NCBI GenBank assembly: GCA_965205505.1
Contig: CBDBHB010000009.1
Coordinates: 1,120,001 to 1,184,000 of the forward strand
Origin: Acidobacteriota bacterium
Lineage (GTDB): Bacteria; Acidobacteriota; UBA890; WLXD01
Length of the DNA stretch: 64,000 nt
Direction of reading: 5' to 3'
Positions within the stretch are counted from its first letter, which is position 1; each line of letters opens with the position of its first letter. Shown here piece by piece: positions 1-10,349 of the stretch. Position numbers and translations under genes: made by a program. The notes under the pieces were generated by a model that saw nothing but the letters and a program-made list of their open reading frames with translations, did no database searches and had not been told where the DNA came from.

Positions 1-1941
1 CACCGACTCGACGCCGAGCAGCTTCAGCGCCGCGTAGTATTGCTCAGATTCGGACATCGGCGTGCGGTAGTCAGCCTCTCCGGTGAGCACCATTGTTGGC
101 GTTGTTACATTCTTGACCACGGACAGCAAGCTGCGTTGTTCGTAGTGCTCTGGATAGTCCCACGGCAACCCCGGGAACCAATACCTGACTCCGAACACCG
201 AGATATCGGCGCTCAGCACCCAGCTGTACCAGTTGATCACCGGGTACACGGTGACCGCGGCGCGGAACCGTTCGGTGCGTCCGATGAGCCACGAGGTGAG
301 CACGCCTCCACCGCTACCGCCGGTGACGAACAGCTGGTCGGGATCGATGTATCCGCGCTCGATGACTGCGTCGACCCCCGACATCAGGTCGTAAAAGTCA
401 TCGCCCGGATACGCATGGTGGATCAGGTTGCCGAACTCCTCTCCGTAGCTCGTGCTGCCACGCGGATTGGTGTACAGCACTACGTACCCCGAAGCGGCCA
501 TGAGCTGCTTCTCGACGTCCCACCGCGGTCCATAGGCGGCGAACGGCCCACCGTGGATCTCCAGGATGAGCGGGTACTGCTGGGTTGGATCGAAGCCCGG
601 CGGTTTCAGGATCCAGCCTTGCACCTGGCGCCCATCGTGTGACGATTCGAACCAGATCTCCTCGAGCTCGGCCTGCTGCTTGTGGCCAAGCACATCGGAG
701 TTGACGTCGGTGAGGCGTCGCGCCGGGTCACCGCGGCGGCCGACCGCGATATCGCCCGGCGATTCGGCGCTCGATAGCACGAAGGCAAACGTCCCGTCGT
801 TCGCCAGACTGTAACCGGGGCCGCCGGCGTATGCGCTCCAGCCGCCGCCAGCGTCGCTGACGTGGTCCATCATCTCGCCGTCGAGATCGATGCTCGCTAA
901 CCGGCTGCGACCCTCCGAGGTGTAGGTGAAGTAGATCTCGCGCCCGTCGGCGGAGAACTGCGGTGACGCCACGCTCCGACCCAGCTCGCCAGTCAACACA
1001 CGTGCTGAGCCACCGTCGCCGTCAGCCACGTACAGCTCGGTCAACTGGTAGCCCTGGTATCGGTCGTCGAAGCCCACATAGGCGATCGTGTCGCCGTCCG
1101 GGGAGCGGCTGATCGAGTTGTCCGGACCATGTCGCCGCGTCAGGGGGGTGGCTTCGCCCGATGCCACGTCGATCTGGTACACCTCGTAGTCGAGCGGCTC
1201 GAGATCGGACTCGGGCCTGAGGTTGGCGGAGATCAGCAGCGAGTTGCCGTCTGCGGACCAGACCACTTCCGAGCCGCCGAAGCCGGGCCCGCCGAACGAG
1301 CCCGCGCCGTGGGTGACCTGTCGGGCCGTACCGCCTTCTGCGGGAACGACGAACAGCTTCCAATCACCCCGCGGCAGGTACCCCACCGGATCGAAGCGGT
1401 AGAAGAGGCGGTCGATCACGCGCGCCGGCTCGGCCCACTCGGCGCCCGCGGGAGCAGGCACCAGGTCGGCGATCTGCGGGGGTGCTTCCTCCACCAGCGC
1501 CGAGAACGCCAGCTGCGTGCCGTCGGATGACCAGGCCAGGCCGCCCGGCGCCTGCTCGTGATGAGTCAGCTCCGACGTCTGGCCGGTGTCCATGTAGCGG
1601 ACCCAGATCTGCGCCGATCCCTCCTCCGACGACACGTAGGCGAGCCGATCGCCGGAGGGCGACCACCGGGGCGAGGCGTCGCTCTGCTTACCTGTGGTCA
1701 GCGGCCGGTGGTGGGTGCCGTCGACATCGACGATCCACACGTTGCTGTAGAAGCGATCTGTCTGGATGTCGGCGAATCCGCGCACGTACACCACGTGCGT
1801 GCCATCCGGCGAGATCTGCGGATCGCCGACGGTCTCGAGCTCGAACAGGTCGCGTAGGGTGAGCCGCGCGGCGTCGTCCGAGGCGACGCCCTCGGTGCCC
1901 ATGGCGAGGCAGAGACTGGCGAGCAGTAGCGCCTTTCGCAT
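1..1941 (-). CDS. S9 family peptidase (dipeptidyl aminopeptidase/acylaminoacyl peptidase), runs off the left edge
   Basis: Manual translation from ATG 1941: signal peptide MRKALLLASLCLAMG, propeller repeats (DPQISPDG), YTNPRGSTSYGEEFG, catalytic TGGSGGG, GEADYRTP. Confidence 0.92.
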   Translation of the reverse strand, partial: MRKALLLASLCLAMGTEGVASDDAARLTLRDLFELETVGDPQISPDGTHVVYVRGFADIQTDRFYSNVWIVDVDGTHHRPLTTGKQSDASPRWSPSGDRLAYVSSEEGSAQIWVRYMDTGQTSELTHHEQAPGGLAWSSDGTQLAFSALVEEAPPQIADLVPAPAGAEWAEPARVIDRLFYRFDPVGYLPRGDWKLFVVPAEGGTARQVTHGAGSFGGPGFGGSEVVWSADGNSLLISANLRPESDLEPLDYEVYQIDVASGEATPLTRRHGPDNSISRSPDGDTIAYVGFDDRYQGYQLTELYVADGDGGSARVLTGELGRSVASPQFSADGREIYFTYTSEGRSRLASIDLDGEMMDHVSDAGGGWSAYAGGPGYSLANDGTFAFVLSSAESPGDIAVGRRGDPARRLTDVNSDVLGHKQQAELEEIWFESSHDGRQVQGWILKPPGFDPTQQYPLILEIHGGPFAAYGPRWDVEKQLMAASGYVVLYTNPRGSTSYGEEFGNLIHHAYPGDDFYDLMSGVDAVIERGYIDPDQLFVTGGSGGGVLTSWLIGRTERFRAAVTVYPVINWYSWVLSADISVFGVRYWFPGLPWDYPEHYEQRSLLSVVKNVTTPTMVLTGEADYRTPMSESEQYYAALKLLGVESV

Positions 1942-1967
1942 GTGTCAGACTTCTGGCTGGTTGCTGG

Positions 1968-3191
1968 TCAGTGGAGCGAGGCTTGCCGGCCGCGAGTATC
2001 GCGGTGGCTCGCTCGCGTAGCAAGGGGCGCCGACGAGCTGGACCGTCTGCGCGAAGCGCTGCGCGAGGTCGAGGAGGCGCAAGAGCGACTCCACAAGAAG
2101 GCAAAGGAGGTATTCGAGGCTTCGGCCGCCGGCTGATCTGGCGATCGATGTCGCGTCGATCTACCGCTGGCTTGCTCCGGTGCGCGAAGGCGTAGCACGA
2201 TGCTGCCTTCGCGAGTCCGGGCGATGAGCCTGGGACCGCCGCCGTTCAGTGATCCGCGGATGACGCGGCGATCCAGCGTTCCGTCGAAGCGCACCTCGCT
2301 GCGCATCGACAGGTCGTCGCCGCGCAGGTCCAGGTCGGCCGCCAGCTGCTCCGCGGCGCGAATCGTGATATTGCCTTCGCCGCTGCTCAGGCTCGTCTCG
2401 CCCAGCTGTTCGATGCCGACGTGAATGCTGCCGTCGTTGGTGCGTGCGTCCATCGGTCCGGCAACTGCGCTCACCACGATGTCACCATCGCTGGTGCGGA
2501 CCTCGATGCCCTCGGCGGCCAGCCGATCGCCGCTGATGTCTCCATCCGAGGTGTCGATCACGATACCCGCCGCCTGTAACTCGCCGAGGCTCACATCACC
2601 ATCAGATGTGCCGATCTCGATCTGGCCGCCGATAATCCGGCGCACGCCAATGTCGCCGTCGGAAGTACGGATGACGACGTCGCCTGTGAGACTCTCCGCG
2701 CTGATGTCGCCGTCGGACGACCGCAATCGCACATCGCCCCGGAGGCTCTGCACCGCGATGTCGCCGTCTTCGGTACGCACGTCAGCGTCGTACTCTTCGG
2801 GCACGGTCACCTCGACCGTGATCGCGAAGCCGCCCCAATCGCGCCAATCCCAGTCGATGCCGTGTTCCCGGTCGGCCCGCAGGCTTACCTCGTCGGCGTT
2901 ACCGTCGGCGCGGAAGTTCATCGCCTCGAACCTGGCCCGACCGCGCTCCATGTTGCCTGCTCTGAGATACACCGCGAATCCGACGCGATCGGAGCCACCG
3001 TTGCGCAGCAACACGTCGGCGTTCGAAACGTCGATCGTCAGGCGGGCACCTGGCCGGGTGTCGAACTCGGCCGACATGACCAGCTGACGCGTTTCTTGCG
3101 CGTAGCTCGGCGTCGCGAGCATCAGGGTGGCGGCGCTAACCGCGGCGGCGACTCCCACTCGAAGCGAACCGAACGAACGACTGCGTTGCAT
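1968..3191 (-). CDS. DUF4097 family beta-strand repeat (adhesin-like) exported protein; true 3' end probably near 2160
   Basis: Signal peptide, repeated TSDGDI motifs, C-terminal LNGGGPRLIARTREGSI; low-complexity tail past the usual end. Confidence 0.8.
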   Translation of the reverse strand: MQRSRSFGSLRVGVAAAVSAATLMLATPSYAQETRQLVMSAEFDTRPGARLTIDVSNADVLLRNGGSDRVGFAVYLRAGNMERGRARFEAMNFRADGNADEVSLRADREHGIDWDWRDWGGFAITVEVTVPEEYDADVRTEDGDIAVQSLRGDVRLRSSDGDISAESLTGDVVIRTSDGDIGVRRIIGGQIEIGTSDGDVSLGELQAAGIVIDTSDGDISGDRLAAEGIEVRTSDGDIVVSAVAGPMDARTNDGSIHVGIEQLGETSLSSGEGNITIRAAEQLAADLDLRGDDLSMRSEVRFDGTLDRRVIRGSLNGGGPRLIARTREGSIVLRLRAPEQASGRSTRHRSPDQPAAEASNTSFAFLWSRSCASSTSRSASRRRSSSSAPLATRASHRDTRGRQASLH

Positions 3192-3394
3192 GGCTTCCTC
3201 CCTCATCTCGAATGCGCGGCGTCTCGTTGCTGATCGCGGCCTCCGGGTAGCTCCGCCCGAGCGCCCTGGCGCCACGCCACCTCAATGGGTTGGACGCCAG
3301 GCACCGCCGCCGGGTTGCAAGATCGTCGCCGAAGCCACCGCGAGGGCGTCCGGCCGCCACGCCGGCGAAACGCCGGGTGATATTCTCAGCGGTC

Positions 3395-4459
3395 ATGGTC
3401 TCAGCTCGATGTTGCCAGGCAGGCGTCATCAGCCTGCTGCTCGTTGGTGTCCAGGCGTCGCACGCGGCGGGGCTTACCGGAACGGTTGGCTCGCCGCGCC
3501 CAGCGTCGCAGGGCGAGAACATCAACGGCATGACCGTTTCCACTTCGCGCGGTAGCGCCGAGTGGGGCAAGGATGCCATCGTCGGCACCATTGCCGAGCT
3601 CAAGCAGCTCGGGGTCAACTGGATCTCCATCCACCCGTACGCCCGCATCGGTCGGGATGGCTCGGTGAGCTGGAGGCGCAACGAGGGCGATGCCGCGACG
3701 GCCCCGACGTGGCTGCGGCGGCCCATTGAAGAAGCCCATCGGCAGGGCTTGAAGATCTTCATCAAACCGCATCTGGGGTACTGGGGTAATTTCTCGTGGC
3801 GGGGCGAGATCGCCTTCCATACCGACGCCGAGTGGCAGCGGTTCTTCGACGAATACCGCCTTTGGGTCGCCGCGATCGCCAGGTTCAGCCACGACGCGGA
3901 TGCCTTCGCAGTAGGAACCGAGCTCGACAAGACCGTCGGCCACGAGGCCGATTGGCGTGAGGTGATTCGCGCCGTTCGCGCCGAGTACGACGGGCCGCTT
4001 ACCTATGCGGCCAACTGGACCGACTATGAGCGCATCCCGTTCTGGGACGCACTCGACGCCATCGGCGTGCAAGCGTATTTCCCGGTGCTCGAGGGCGCCG
4101 GGGACGACGCCGGCTTGCCGCCGCAGGAGGCGTTCGACGCCGGATGGCGGCGCATCATGAAGCGGATGCGCACCTTCAGCGAACGCTACGGCAAGACCGT
4201 GGTGTTCACGGAGCTGGGCTACAATCGCTCGGCGCGGGCCCCCTACGAGCCGTGGGACTACGAGGTCGGCGGGCCCAACGCCGACGAGCTGCAGCGACGT
4301 TGCATGCTCGCCGCGCTAGAGGCGCTGCAAGATGAGCCAAGCGTGGTGGGTGCCTTCCTGTGGAAGTGGTTCCCAGGTGATGCCCGACCGCGCGACTTCG
4401 AGATGTCGAGCGCGGCGATGCGCCAGGTGATCTCGCGGTACTGGAGCACCGACAGCTAG
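3395..4459 (+). CDS. Glycoside hydrolase family 113-like TIM-barrel protein
   Basis: IFIKPHL, WRGEI, VGTEL, LTYAANW, IGVQAYFP, VFTELGY motifs; extended -10-like TGATATTCT just upstream of ATG 3395. Confidence 0.8.
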   Translation: MVSARCCQAGVISLLLVGVQASHAAGLTGTVGSPRPASQGENINGMTVSTSRGSAEWGKDAIVGTIAELKQLGVNWISIHPYARIGRDGSVSWRRNEGDAATAPTWLRRPIEEAHRQGLKIFIKPHLGYWGNFSWRGEIAFHTDAEWQRFFDEYRLWVAAIARFSHDADAFAVGTELDKTVGHEADWREVIRAVRAEYDGPLTYAANWTDYERIPFWDALDAIGVQAYFPVLEGAGDDAGLPPQEAFDAGWRRIMKRMRTFSERYGKTVVFTELGYNRSARAPYEPWDYEVGGPNADELQRRCMLAALEALQDEPSVVGAFLWKWFPGDARPRDFEMSSAAMRQVISRYWSTDS

Positions 4460-4460
4460 C

Positions 4461-5666
4461 GTGGCCGACCTGACCGCCGACAGCACGACGCCCGAGAAGA
4501 CGCCGAAGCAACCGGAGGCCGTGCTCACTCGTCGCGGCGCGCAGCGCGTGCGCGGCCAGCACCCGTGGATCTACCGCAGCGATGTACTAGAGGTTCACGC
4601 CGCGGCTGGCGACCTGGTCCGCGTCAAGGGACCGCGAGGCCGTGAGGTCGGATATGCGCTCTACAGCGATGCTTCGCAGATCGCCCTACGACGGTTCTGT
4701 GACCGTGGGCCGCGCCCAGGTCTGCAGCTGTGGCGAGATCGATTGGAGGCCGCGATCGCGTACCGCCAGACGCTCGAGATCGATGCTGACGCCTACCGGT
4801 TGGTGCACGCCGAGGCCGACGGACTGCCGGCGCTGATCGTCGATCGGTACGCTGAGTATCTGGTCGTGCAGACGCTCGCCCAGGGGGTGGATCGACGTTG
4901 CCACGAGATCACCGAGCTGCTCGTGCAAATGCTCGCTCCAGCCGCCATCCTGGCGCGCAATGACAGGCGAGTGCGCGTGCTCGAGGGGTTGGAGCGGCGC
5001 ATCGACGTGCTGCACGGTGAGATCCCGAATCGAGTGCGGATCCGGGAAGGCTCCGCTCATCTGGAGGTCGACCTGAGAAGCGGGCAGAAGACGGGTCTCT
5101 TCCTGGATCAACGCGAGAATCGCGCTGCCGCACGCAACTATGCGCACGGTCGGCTGCTCGATTGCTTTGCCTACCAAGGAGCGTTCTCGCTGCAGCTGGC
5201 TTCGCGGTGCGACGAGGTGATCGCGCTGGATATTTCCGATGACGCGGTGGCAGCGATGCAACACAACGCCGAGATCAACGACGTGACGCTCGATGCACGA
5301 GCCGTCAACGCGTTCGACCACTTGCGCGAGCTGAGCGATCGGGGCGAGATATTCGATACGATCGTTCTCGATCCTCCGGCGTTTGCCAAGAACAAAGCGG
5401 CGCTGAAGGGCGCGCTAGGGGGCTACAAGGAGATCAACCTGCGCGCCCTGAAGCTGCTGCGGCCAGGTGGTCACCTGGTGACCTCGAGCTGCTCATACCA
5501 TGTCAGCGAGTCGGCTTTCCTGGCAGTGATCGAGGCGGCAGCCGCCGACGTGCGCGCCGAGCTGGTGCTGGTGGAGCGGCGTGGCCAAAGCCGCGATCAC
5601 CCGGTTCGCGTCGGCATGCCGGAGAGCCGTTACCTCAAGTGCATGATCCTCAGGAAGCTCGCCTAG
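4461..5666 (+). CDS. rlmI: 23S rRNA m5C1962-type class I SAM-dependent methyltransferase
   Basis: PUA-like HPWIY start, EADGLPALIVDRY, GQKTGLFLDQRENR, VLDPPAF, SCS, YLK. Confidence 0.88.
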   Translation: MADLTADSTTPEKTPKQPEAVLTRRGAQRVRGQHPWIYRSDVLEVHAAAGDLVRVKGPRGREVGYALYSDASQIALRRFCDRGPRPGLQLWRDRLEAAIAYRQTLEIDADAYRLVHAEADGLPALIVDRYAEYLVVQTLAQGVDRRCHEITELLVQMLAPAAILARNDRRVRVLEGLERRIDVLHGEIPNRVRIREGSAHLEVDLRSGQKTGLFLDQRENRAAARNYAHGRLLDCFAYQGAFSLQLASRCDEVIALDISDDAVAAMQHNAEINDVTLDARAVNAFDHLRELSDRGEIFDTIVLDPPAFAKNKAALKGALGGYKEINLRALKLLRPGGHLVTSSCSYHVSESAFLAVIEAAAADVRAELVLVERRGQSRDHPVRVGMPESRYLKCMILRKLA

Positions 5667-5769
5667 CACGCCATACTGCTGACCTGACCCCACGGTCAAT
5701 ACCCACGTCTTATCTCAGTAGCTCGGTGCGGGCGTACGCTGCGGCAGATGACTCACGGCCCCACACAAA

Positions 5770-5890
5770 CCCTGTTAACAGCATTATAAGTATTTTATTT
5801 ATCGTGGAATAACTAATGATATGTTTTATTATCTTCTCAATAGTTTTGATATGTTATAAGAGTTGTCATCGAGCGTTGATTAACAGAGGG
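5770..5890 (+). promoter_or_regulatory. AT-rich promoter/regulatory block of the rightward sugar operon
   Basis: Strongly AT-rich against the GC background; TGATATGTT twice about 30 bp apart and TTATAAG twice. Confidence 0.55.
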
Positions 5891-5895
5891 CAGGT

Positions 5896-6861
5896 ATGGA
5901 CAGCAAGCCAGTCTGTAGCGTTCTAGTGACCGGCGTGGCTGGGTACATTGGCTCGGTGCTCGCTCGCCAGCTGCTGGACGACGGGATCCGAGTGGTGGGC
6001 CTCGACCGCCTGCTGTTCGGTGATCACAGCATCTCCGAGCTCGGCGCCGATGATCGATTCGAGTTCGTTCACGGCGATGTGCGCCACGCCAAGTCCTATC
6101 GGAGCGCCCTAGACACTGTCGACGCCGTCGTTCATCTTGCCGCGATCGTCGGCGATCCAGCCTGTGCCCAGGACCCCGGGCTGGCACGAGAAACCAACCT
6201 CGACGCTTCTCTACAGCTGCTCCAGGCGGCAACCGACATCGGCTCGGTTCGTCGTTTCGTGTTTGCTTCGACGTGCAGCAACTACGGGCGCCATCCGTGG
6301 CGAGAGTACTGCTCTGAGACCTCGCCGCTGCGACCCCTGTCGTTGTATGCCGAGGCCAAGGTGGCAGTCGAGCGGGCGATTCTGGCGTCGCGGCCGAGCC
6401 CGATGGCGACGAGTTGCCTGCGCTTTGCCACTGCCTACGGCTTGTCGCCGCGCATGCGCTTCGATCTGACGGTGAACGAGTTCGCCCGCGAGGTATTCCT
6501 CGGCCGAACCCTGGAGATCTACGGCAAGCAGTTCTGGCGTCCCTACTGCCATACGACTGACCTGGCGCGTGCCTGCAGGTTGGTGCTCGGAGCCGGGCGT
6601 GAGCAGATTGATCACGCTGTGTTCAACGTCGGCTCAACGGCGGAGAACTACACCAAGGAGCACATTGCCGGCATGCTGCGCGAGCAACGTGCGGATGCCG
6701 ACATCCGATACGTCGCGAAGCGAGAGGATCCGCGCGACTACAAGGTCCGCTGCGAGCGAATCCGAGACACGCTCGGGTTCGTTCCCACGTATACGCTGGC
6801 GGCCGGAGTCAACGAGATCTTCGGTGCGCTAGAGGACGGACGCTTCTCGGACGTGGCGTAA
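5896..6861 (+). CDS. NAD-dependent epimerase/dehydratase
   Basis: VTGVAGYIGS, HLAAIVGDPAC, YAEAK (YxxxK), LRFATAYGLSPRMRFDL. Confidence 0.92.
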   Translation: MDSKPVCSVLVTGVAGYIGSVLARQLLDDGIRVVGLDRLLFGDHSISELGADDRFEFVHGDVRHAKSYRSALDTVDAVVHLAAIVGDPACAQDPGLARETNLDASLQLLQAATDIGSVRRFVFASTCSNYGRHPWREYCSETSPLRPLSLYAEAKVAVERAILASRPSPMATSCLRFATAYGLSPRMRFDLTVNEFAREVFLGRTLEIYGKQFWRPYCHTTDLARACRLVLGAGREQIDHAVFNVGSTAENYTKEHIAGMLREQRADADIRYVAKREDPRDYKVRCERIRDTLGFVPTYTLAAGVNEIFGALEDGRFSDVA

Positions 6862-6893
6862 GACCGGCTCCGCAACACGCGGGCGGCATAGTC

Positions 6894-7613
6894 ATGCAGG
6901 CGGTGGTTCTTGCGGGCGGCGCGGGCACGAGATTGCAGCCGCTGACGCAGTCGATCCCGAAACCTCTGCTGCCCGTTGGTCCTAGCACCGTGCTAGAGAT
7001 CGGACTCAAGAACCTTCGAGCCCATGGGGTGGACGAGGTGTTCATTGCCGCTCGCTATCGCGCCGATTTCGTTCGTGCGTTCCTGGGCGATGGGTCACGG
7101 CATGGTCTGAAACTACATGTCAGCGTCGAGGACGAACCGCTGGGAACCTGCGGGCCTGTGTCGCTACTCAGGAGTCATCTGACATCGCCGTTCATTGTCA
7201 TGAACGGCGATGTTCTGACGACTCTGTCGTTCAGCGATCTCTATCGACATGCCGTGGCATCCGCGGCAGAGCTGACCGTGGTCACTGTCGAAACGTAGGT
7301 GACGTTGCCGTACGGCCGCGTTGAGTGCGCCGAGAACCGTGTAACCGGTGTGCAGGAGAAGCCAGTGTTCAAGGTCGAGGTGATGGCCGGTATCTACGTC
7401 ATGAGGCCGAGCGTGATCGACCTCATTCCCGCCGGTCGCCCGTTCGGCGTCGACGACCTGATCCAGAAGATGTTGGCAGACGGACGCCACATCGAACGTT
7501 TCCCTACCGACGCGTACTGGCGGGATGTCGGCCATATCGACAGCTACCACCAGGCCAACGACGAGTACGACAACACCTTCGCCGAGCTCGTGGATTCGTC
7601 TCGAGTCGCGTAG
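6894..7613 (+). pseudogene. Sugar-phosphate nucleotidyltransferase with in-frame TAG at 7296-7298
   Basis: LAGGAGTRLQPLT..IPKPLLP, EPLGTCG, NGDVL; the same frame continues after TAG with LPYGRVE..EKP..AGIY..WRDVG. Confidence 0.85.
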
Positions 7614-7629
7614 GCCGCGAGGAGGCACA

Positions 7630-8793
7630 ATGGCAGTCGATGTGCGGATTCCCCTCACCGACCTTCAGATCGGCGATCGCGAAGTGGATGCGGTAACAGC
7701 CGTCCTTCGCTCGGGCTGGCTCACGTCGGGCCGGCAGACGAAGCTCTTTGAGCAGCGCTTCGCCACCATGCTCGGCACGCCGTACGCCCACGCCGTCAGT
7801 AGCTGCACGGCGGCGCTGCATCTCGCCTATGAGGCCCTGGAGGTCGGTGAAGGCGACGAGGTGATTTGCCCCGATCTGACATTCGTGGCCACAGCCAACG
7901 CGGTTCGCTACACCGGTGCTCGGCCGGTGTTCGCGAGGCCCGCCTCCGACGACGATTTGAACCTGGATCCGGCGCACGTCGAGGCGCTAGTGAGCCCCCG
8001 AACCCGTGCTATCTGTGTGGTGCACTATGCGGGGTTCGCCTGTGACATGACAGCGATACTGCAGATCGCTGAGCGATACGGGCTCCGCGTCGTCGAAGAT
8101 TGCGCGCATGCACCGTTCGCACGCGCGAACCTGACGGATGGTACTCACGCGCTCGGTACGATCGGCGACATCGGTTGCTTCAGCTTCTTCGGCACCAAGA
8201 ATATCTCGACCGGAGAAGGGGGCATGGTGGTCACGGCGGATGCCGAGTTCAGTGCGCTCGTCGACCGCCTGCGTACGCACGGCATCACTGTTCCGACCTT
8301 CGAGCGCCATCGCAAGAAAGTCCTGGGCTATGACGTCGAGGGCCTGGGCTTCAACTACCGTTTCGACGATATCCGCGCCGCCCTCGGCTTGGCGCAGCTC
8401 GAACGCGTCCATTCGATCAATGCCAAGCGTCGGCAGCTGGTGGCGAGGTACCGTCGCCTCCTGTCCGAGGTGGCCGGGGTCAAGGTGCCGTTCTCAGAGC
8501 GTGATCTGGAGAACTCCGCGTGCCATCTCATGCCGGTGTTAGTCGATGCCGACCCCGTTGCGGTGCGTGCCAGACTCCGGAAGGTCGGAATCCAAACGAG
8601 CAAGCACTACGAGCCCGTCAGCAGCCTCGCGCTCTATGGGGCGCGCACTGAAACCTCGACGGTTGCTCTCGCCCGTCGTCTGATGACGCTGCCGCTAGGT
8701 CCGCACATGAGCGGCGAAGACGTCGATACTGTCGTTGCCGCCCTGAGGGAGGCGATCCGGAACATCGGCGGACGAGCCAAGAGCGCGGCGTGA
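7630..8793 (+). CDS. DegT/DnrJ/EryC1/StrS PLP-dependent sugar aminotransferase
   Basis: SGWLT, SSCTAALHLA, TFVATAN, EDCAHA, SFFGTKNISTGEGG, GFNYR; GGAGG RBS. Confidence 0.93.
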   Translation: MAVDVRIPLTDLQIGDREVDAVTAVLRSGWLTSGRQTKLFEQRFATMLGTPYAHAVSSCTAALHLAYEALEVGEGDEVICPDLTFVATANAVRYTGARPVFARPASDDDLNLDPAHVEALVSPRTRAICVVHYAGFACDMTAILQIAERYGLRVVEDCAHAPFARANLTDGTHALGTIGDIGCFSFFGTKNISTGEGGMVVTADAEFSALVDRLRTHGITVPTFERHRKKVLGYDVEGLGFNYRFDDIRAALGLAQLERVHSINAKRRQLVARYRRLLSEVAGVKVPFSERDLENSACHLMPVLVDADPVAVRARLRKVGIQTSKHYEPVSSLALYGARTETSTVALARRLMTLPLGPHMSGEDVDTVVAALREAIRNIGGRAKSAA

Positions 8794-9494
8794 TGCGCTA
8801 CGAGCGATCGATCTCGACCATCGTGCCAGTGCACGATGAGGCCGATGTGATCGAGGGCGCGATCGAGGCAATCGAGGCATTTCTGAGCCGCACGTTCATC
8901 GATTACGAGATCATCATCGTCGAGAGCGGCAGCACCGACGGGTCGGCGGAGATATGCGATCGAATCGGCACACAGCGCTCGCGCGTTCGGACGCGTCACG
9001 AGCCTGCCCGCCGGGGGTTCGGATCGGCTCTGCGGCTCGGCTTCGGCGAAGCAACGAAGGACCTCGTTTGGGCCGTGTCCGCCGATCTGCCGTTCCCTCT
9101 CGATGCTATCCACCAGGCGATGCCGCTTCTGGACGATCACGGCTGCGTTCTCAGCTATCGGTGTGAAGATGACCGTGGGCGATTCCGGCAGTTCCAGTCG
9201 GTGGTCTACAACGCGCTGGCCAAGGCGATGTTGGGACTACGGGTCCGGCACGTAAACTCGCAGCTCAAGCTTTACCATCGCGACGTCATACAGCGCCTGC
9301 CACTCCAGGCAGACGGCTGGCTCATCGACACCGAGGTCGTTTACCGGTTGGAGCGCTCCGGAACATCGTATGCCGAGATCCCTGTTGCGCTGACCGATCG
9401 GACTTCAGGTACCTCCACCGTCGGTGTGATCACACCATTCACCATCCTCTGGTATCTGGCGAAGTTCACCGCTACGCGTTGGAGTGATTCGTGA
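8790..9494 (+). CDS. Glycosyltransferase family 2 (polyprenol-phosphate glycosyltransferase-like)
   Basis: IVPVHDE, ESGSTDGS, GFGSALRLGF, ADL, IDTEVV, EIPV. Confidence 0.85.
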   Translation: MMRYERSISTIVPVHDEADVIEGAIEAIEAFLSRTFIDYEIIIVESGSTDGSAEICDRIGTQRSRVRTRHEPARRGFGSALRLGFGEATKDLVWAVSADLPFPLDAIHQAMPLLDDHGCVLSYRCEDDRGRFRQFQSVVYNALAKAMLGLRVRHVNSQLKLYHRDVIQRLPLQADGWLIDTEVVYRLERSGTSYAEIPVALTDRTSGTSTVGVITPFTILWYLAKFTATRWSDS

Positions 9495-10336
9495 TCGAGG
9501 CGATCGTCAACGGCGACGATTTCGGCCTCGCGCCGGCGATCAACGACGGGATCCTCCTGGCGCATGACCGCGGATGTCTCACTAGCGCCTCGCTCTGCGT
9601 GGTCGGGCCGGCCGCCGTTGATGCGGCTCGGCGGGCGCTGATACGCCCGCGGCTCGCGGTTGGCCTACACCTGACTCTGGTAGAGGAGCGACCGGTGCTG
9701 CCGGTCGAGCAGGTGCCTAGCCTGGTCGATGATACTGGCTGTTTTCTCGCCGGCGGACGCAGCTTCGCTTGCGCCTGGCTGGCCGGAAGAATCTCGCCTG
9801 ACGACGTGCGCCGGGAGCTGCGAGCGCAACTGCAGCGAATGGTCGATCTCGGGCTCCAGCCGACGCACGTGGATGACGTGCTCCCGGGCGTGCTGGAGAT
9901 CGTCCTCGACGAGATCGGCAGCGCCGGCATCTCGTGCGTCCGCGTGCCGCTGGAGAGAACGCCGCACGGCCGAGCGCCATGGCAGCGGCGTCTCTCGGGA
10001 TGGGTTCTGTATGCGCTTGCGTGGCGGGCGCACCGGATCGTGCGGCAGCGTGGCTTCTCCGCTCCCGATCAGGTGTCGGGGTTCCGTGGTGCAGGCAACA
10101 TCGACGCCCGCTCGCTCGCCGAGCGAATCAACGCACTCCAGAACGGCGTCACGGAGATCATCATGGATCCGGCGACCGGTCCCGAGGCGCCGCGTCGCGA
10201 CCTCGCCGCGTGGGGCTATCGATGGGCCGATGAGCTCGACGCGTGCCTCGACGAACATGTACGCGGTTGCCTCCGTCGGCGGCAAGTCGCCCTGATCAGC
10301 TACCGGGACCTGGCAAGTCGAAGCTCGCCCACGTGA
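9491..10336 (+). CDS. ChbG/HpnK (YdjC) family deacetylase with degenerate active-site motifs
   Basis: IVNGDDFG, GLHLTLVE, ELRAQ, PTHVD; lacks the usual xHxHxH after THVD. Confidence 0.8.
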   Translation: MIEAIVNGDDFGLAPAINDGILLAHDRGCLTSASLCVVGPAAVDAARRALIRPRLAVGLHLTLVEERPVLPVEQVPSLVDDTGCFLAGGRSFACAWLAGRISPDDVRRELRAQLQRMVDLGLQPTHVDDVLPGVLEIVLDEIGSAGISCVRVPLERTPHGRAPWQRRLSGWVLYALAWRAHRIVRQRGFSAPDQVSGFRGAGNIDARSLAERINALQNGVTEIIMDPATGPEAPRRDLAAWGYRWADELDACLDEHVRGCLRRRQVALISYRDLASRSSPT

Positions 10337-10349
10337 GGCAGCCGGTTTC

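Noticed and set aside
2380-2780. Periodic GATGTCGCCGTC repeats
   Set aside because: They are the coding TSDGDI repeats of the DUF4097 protein.
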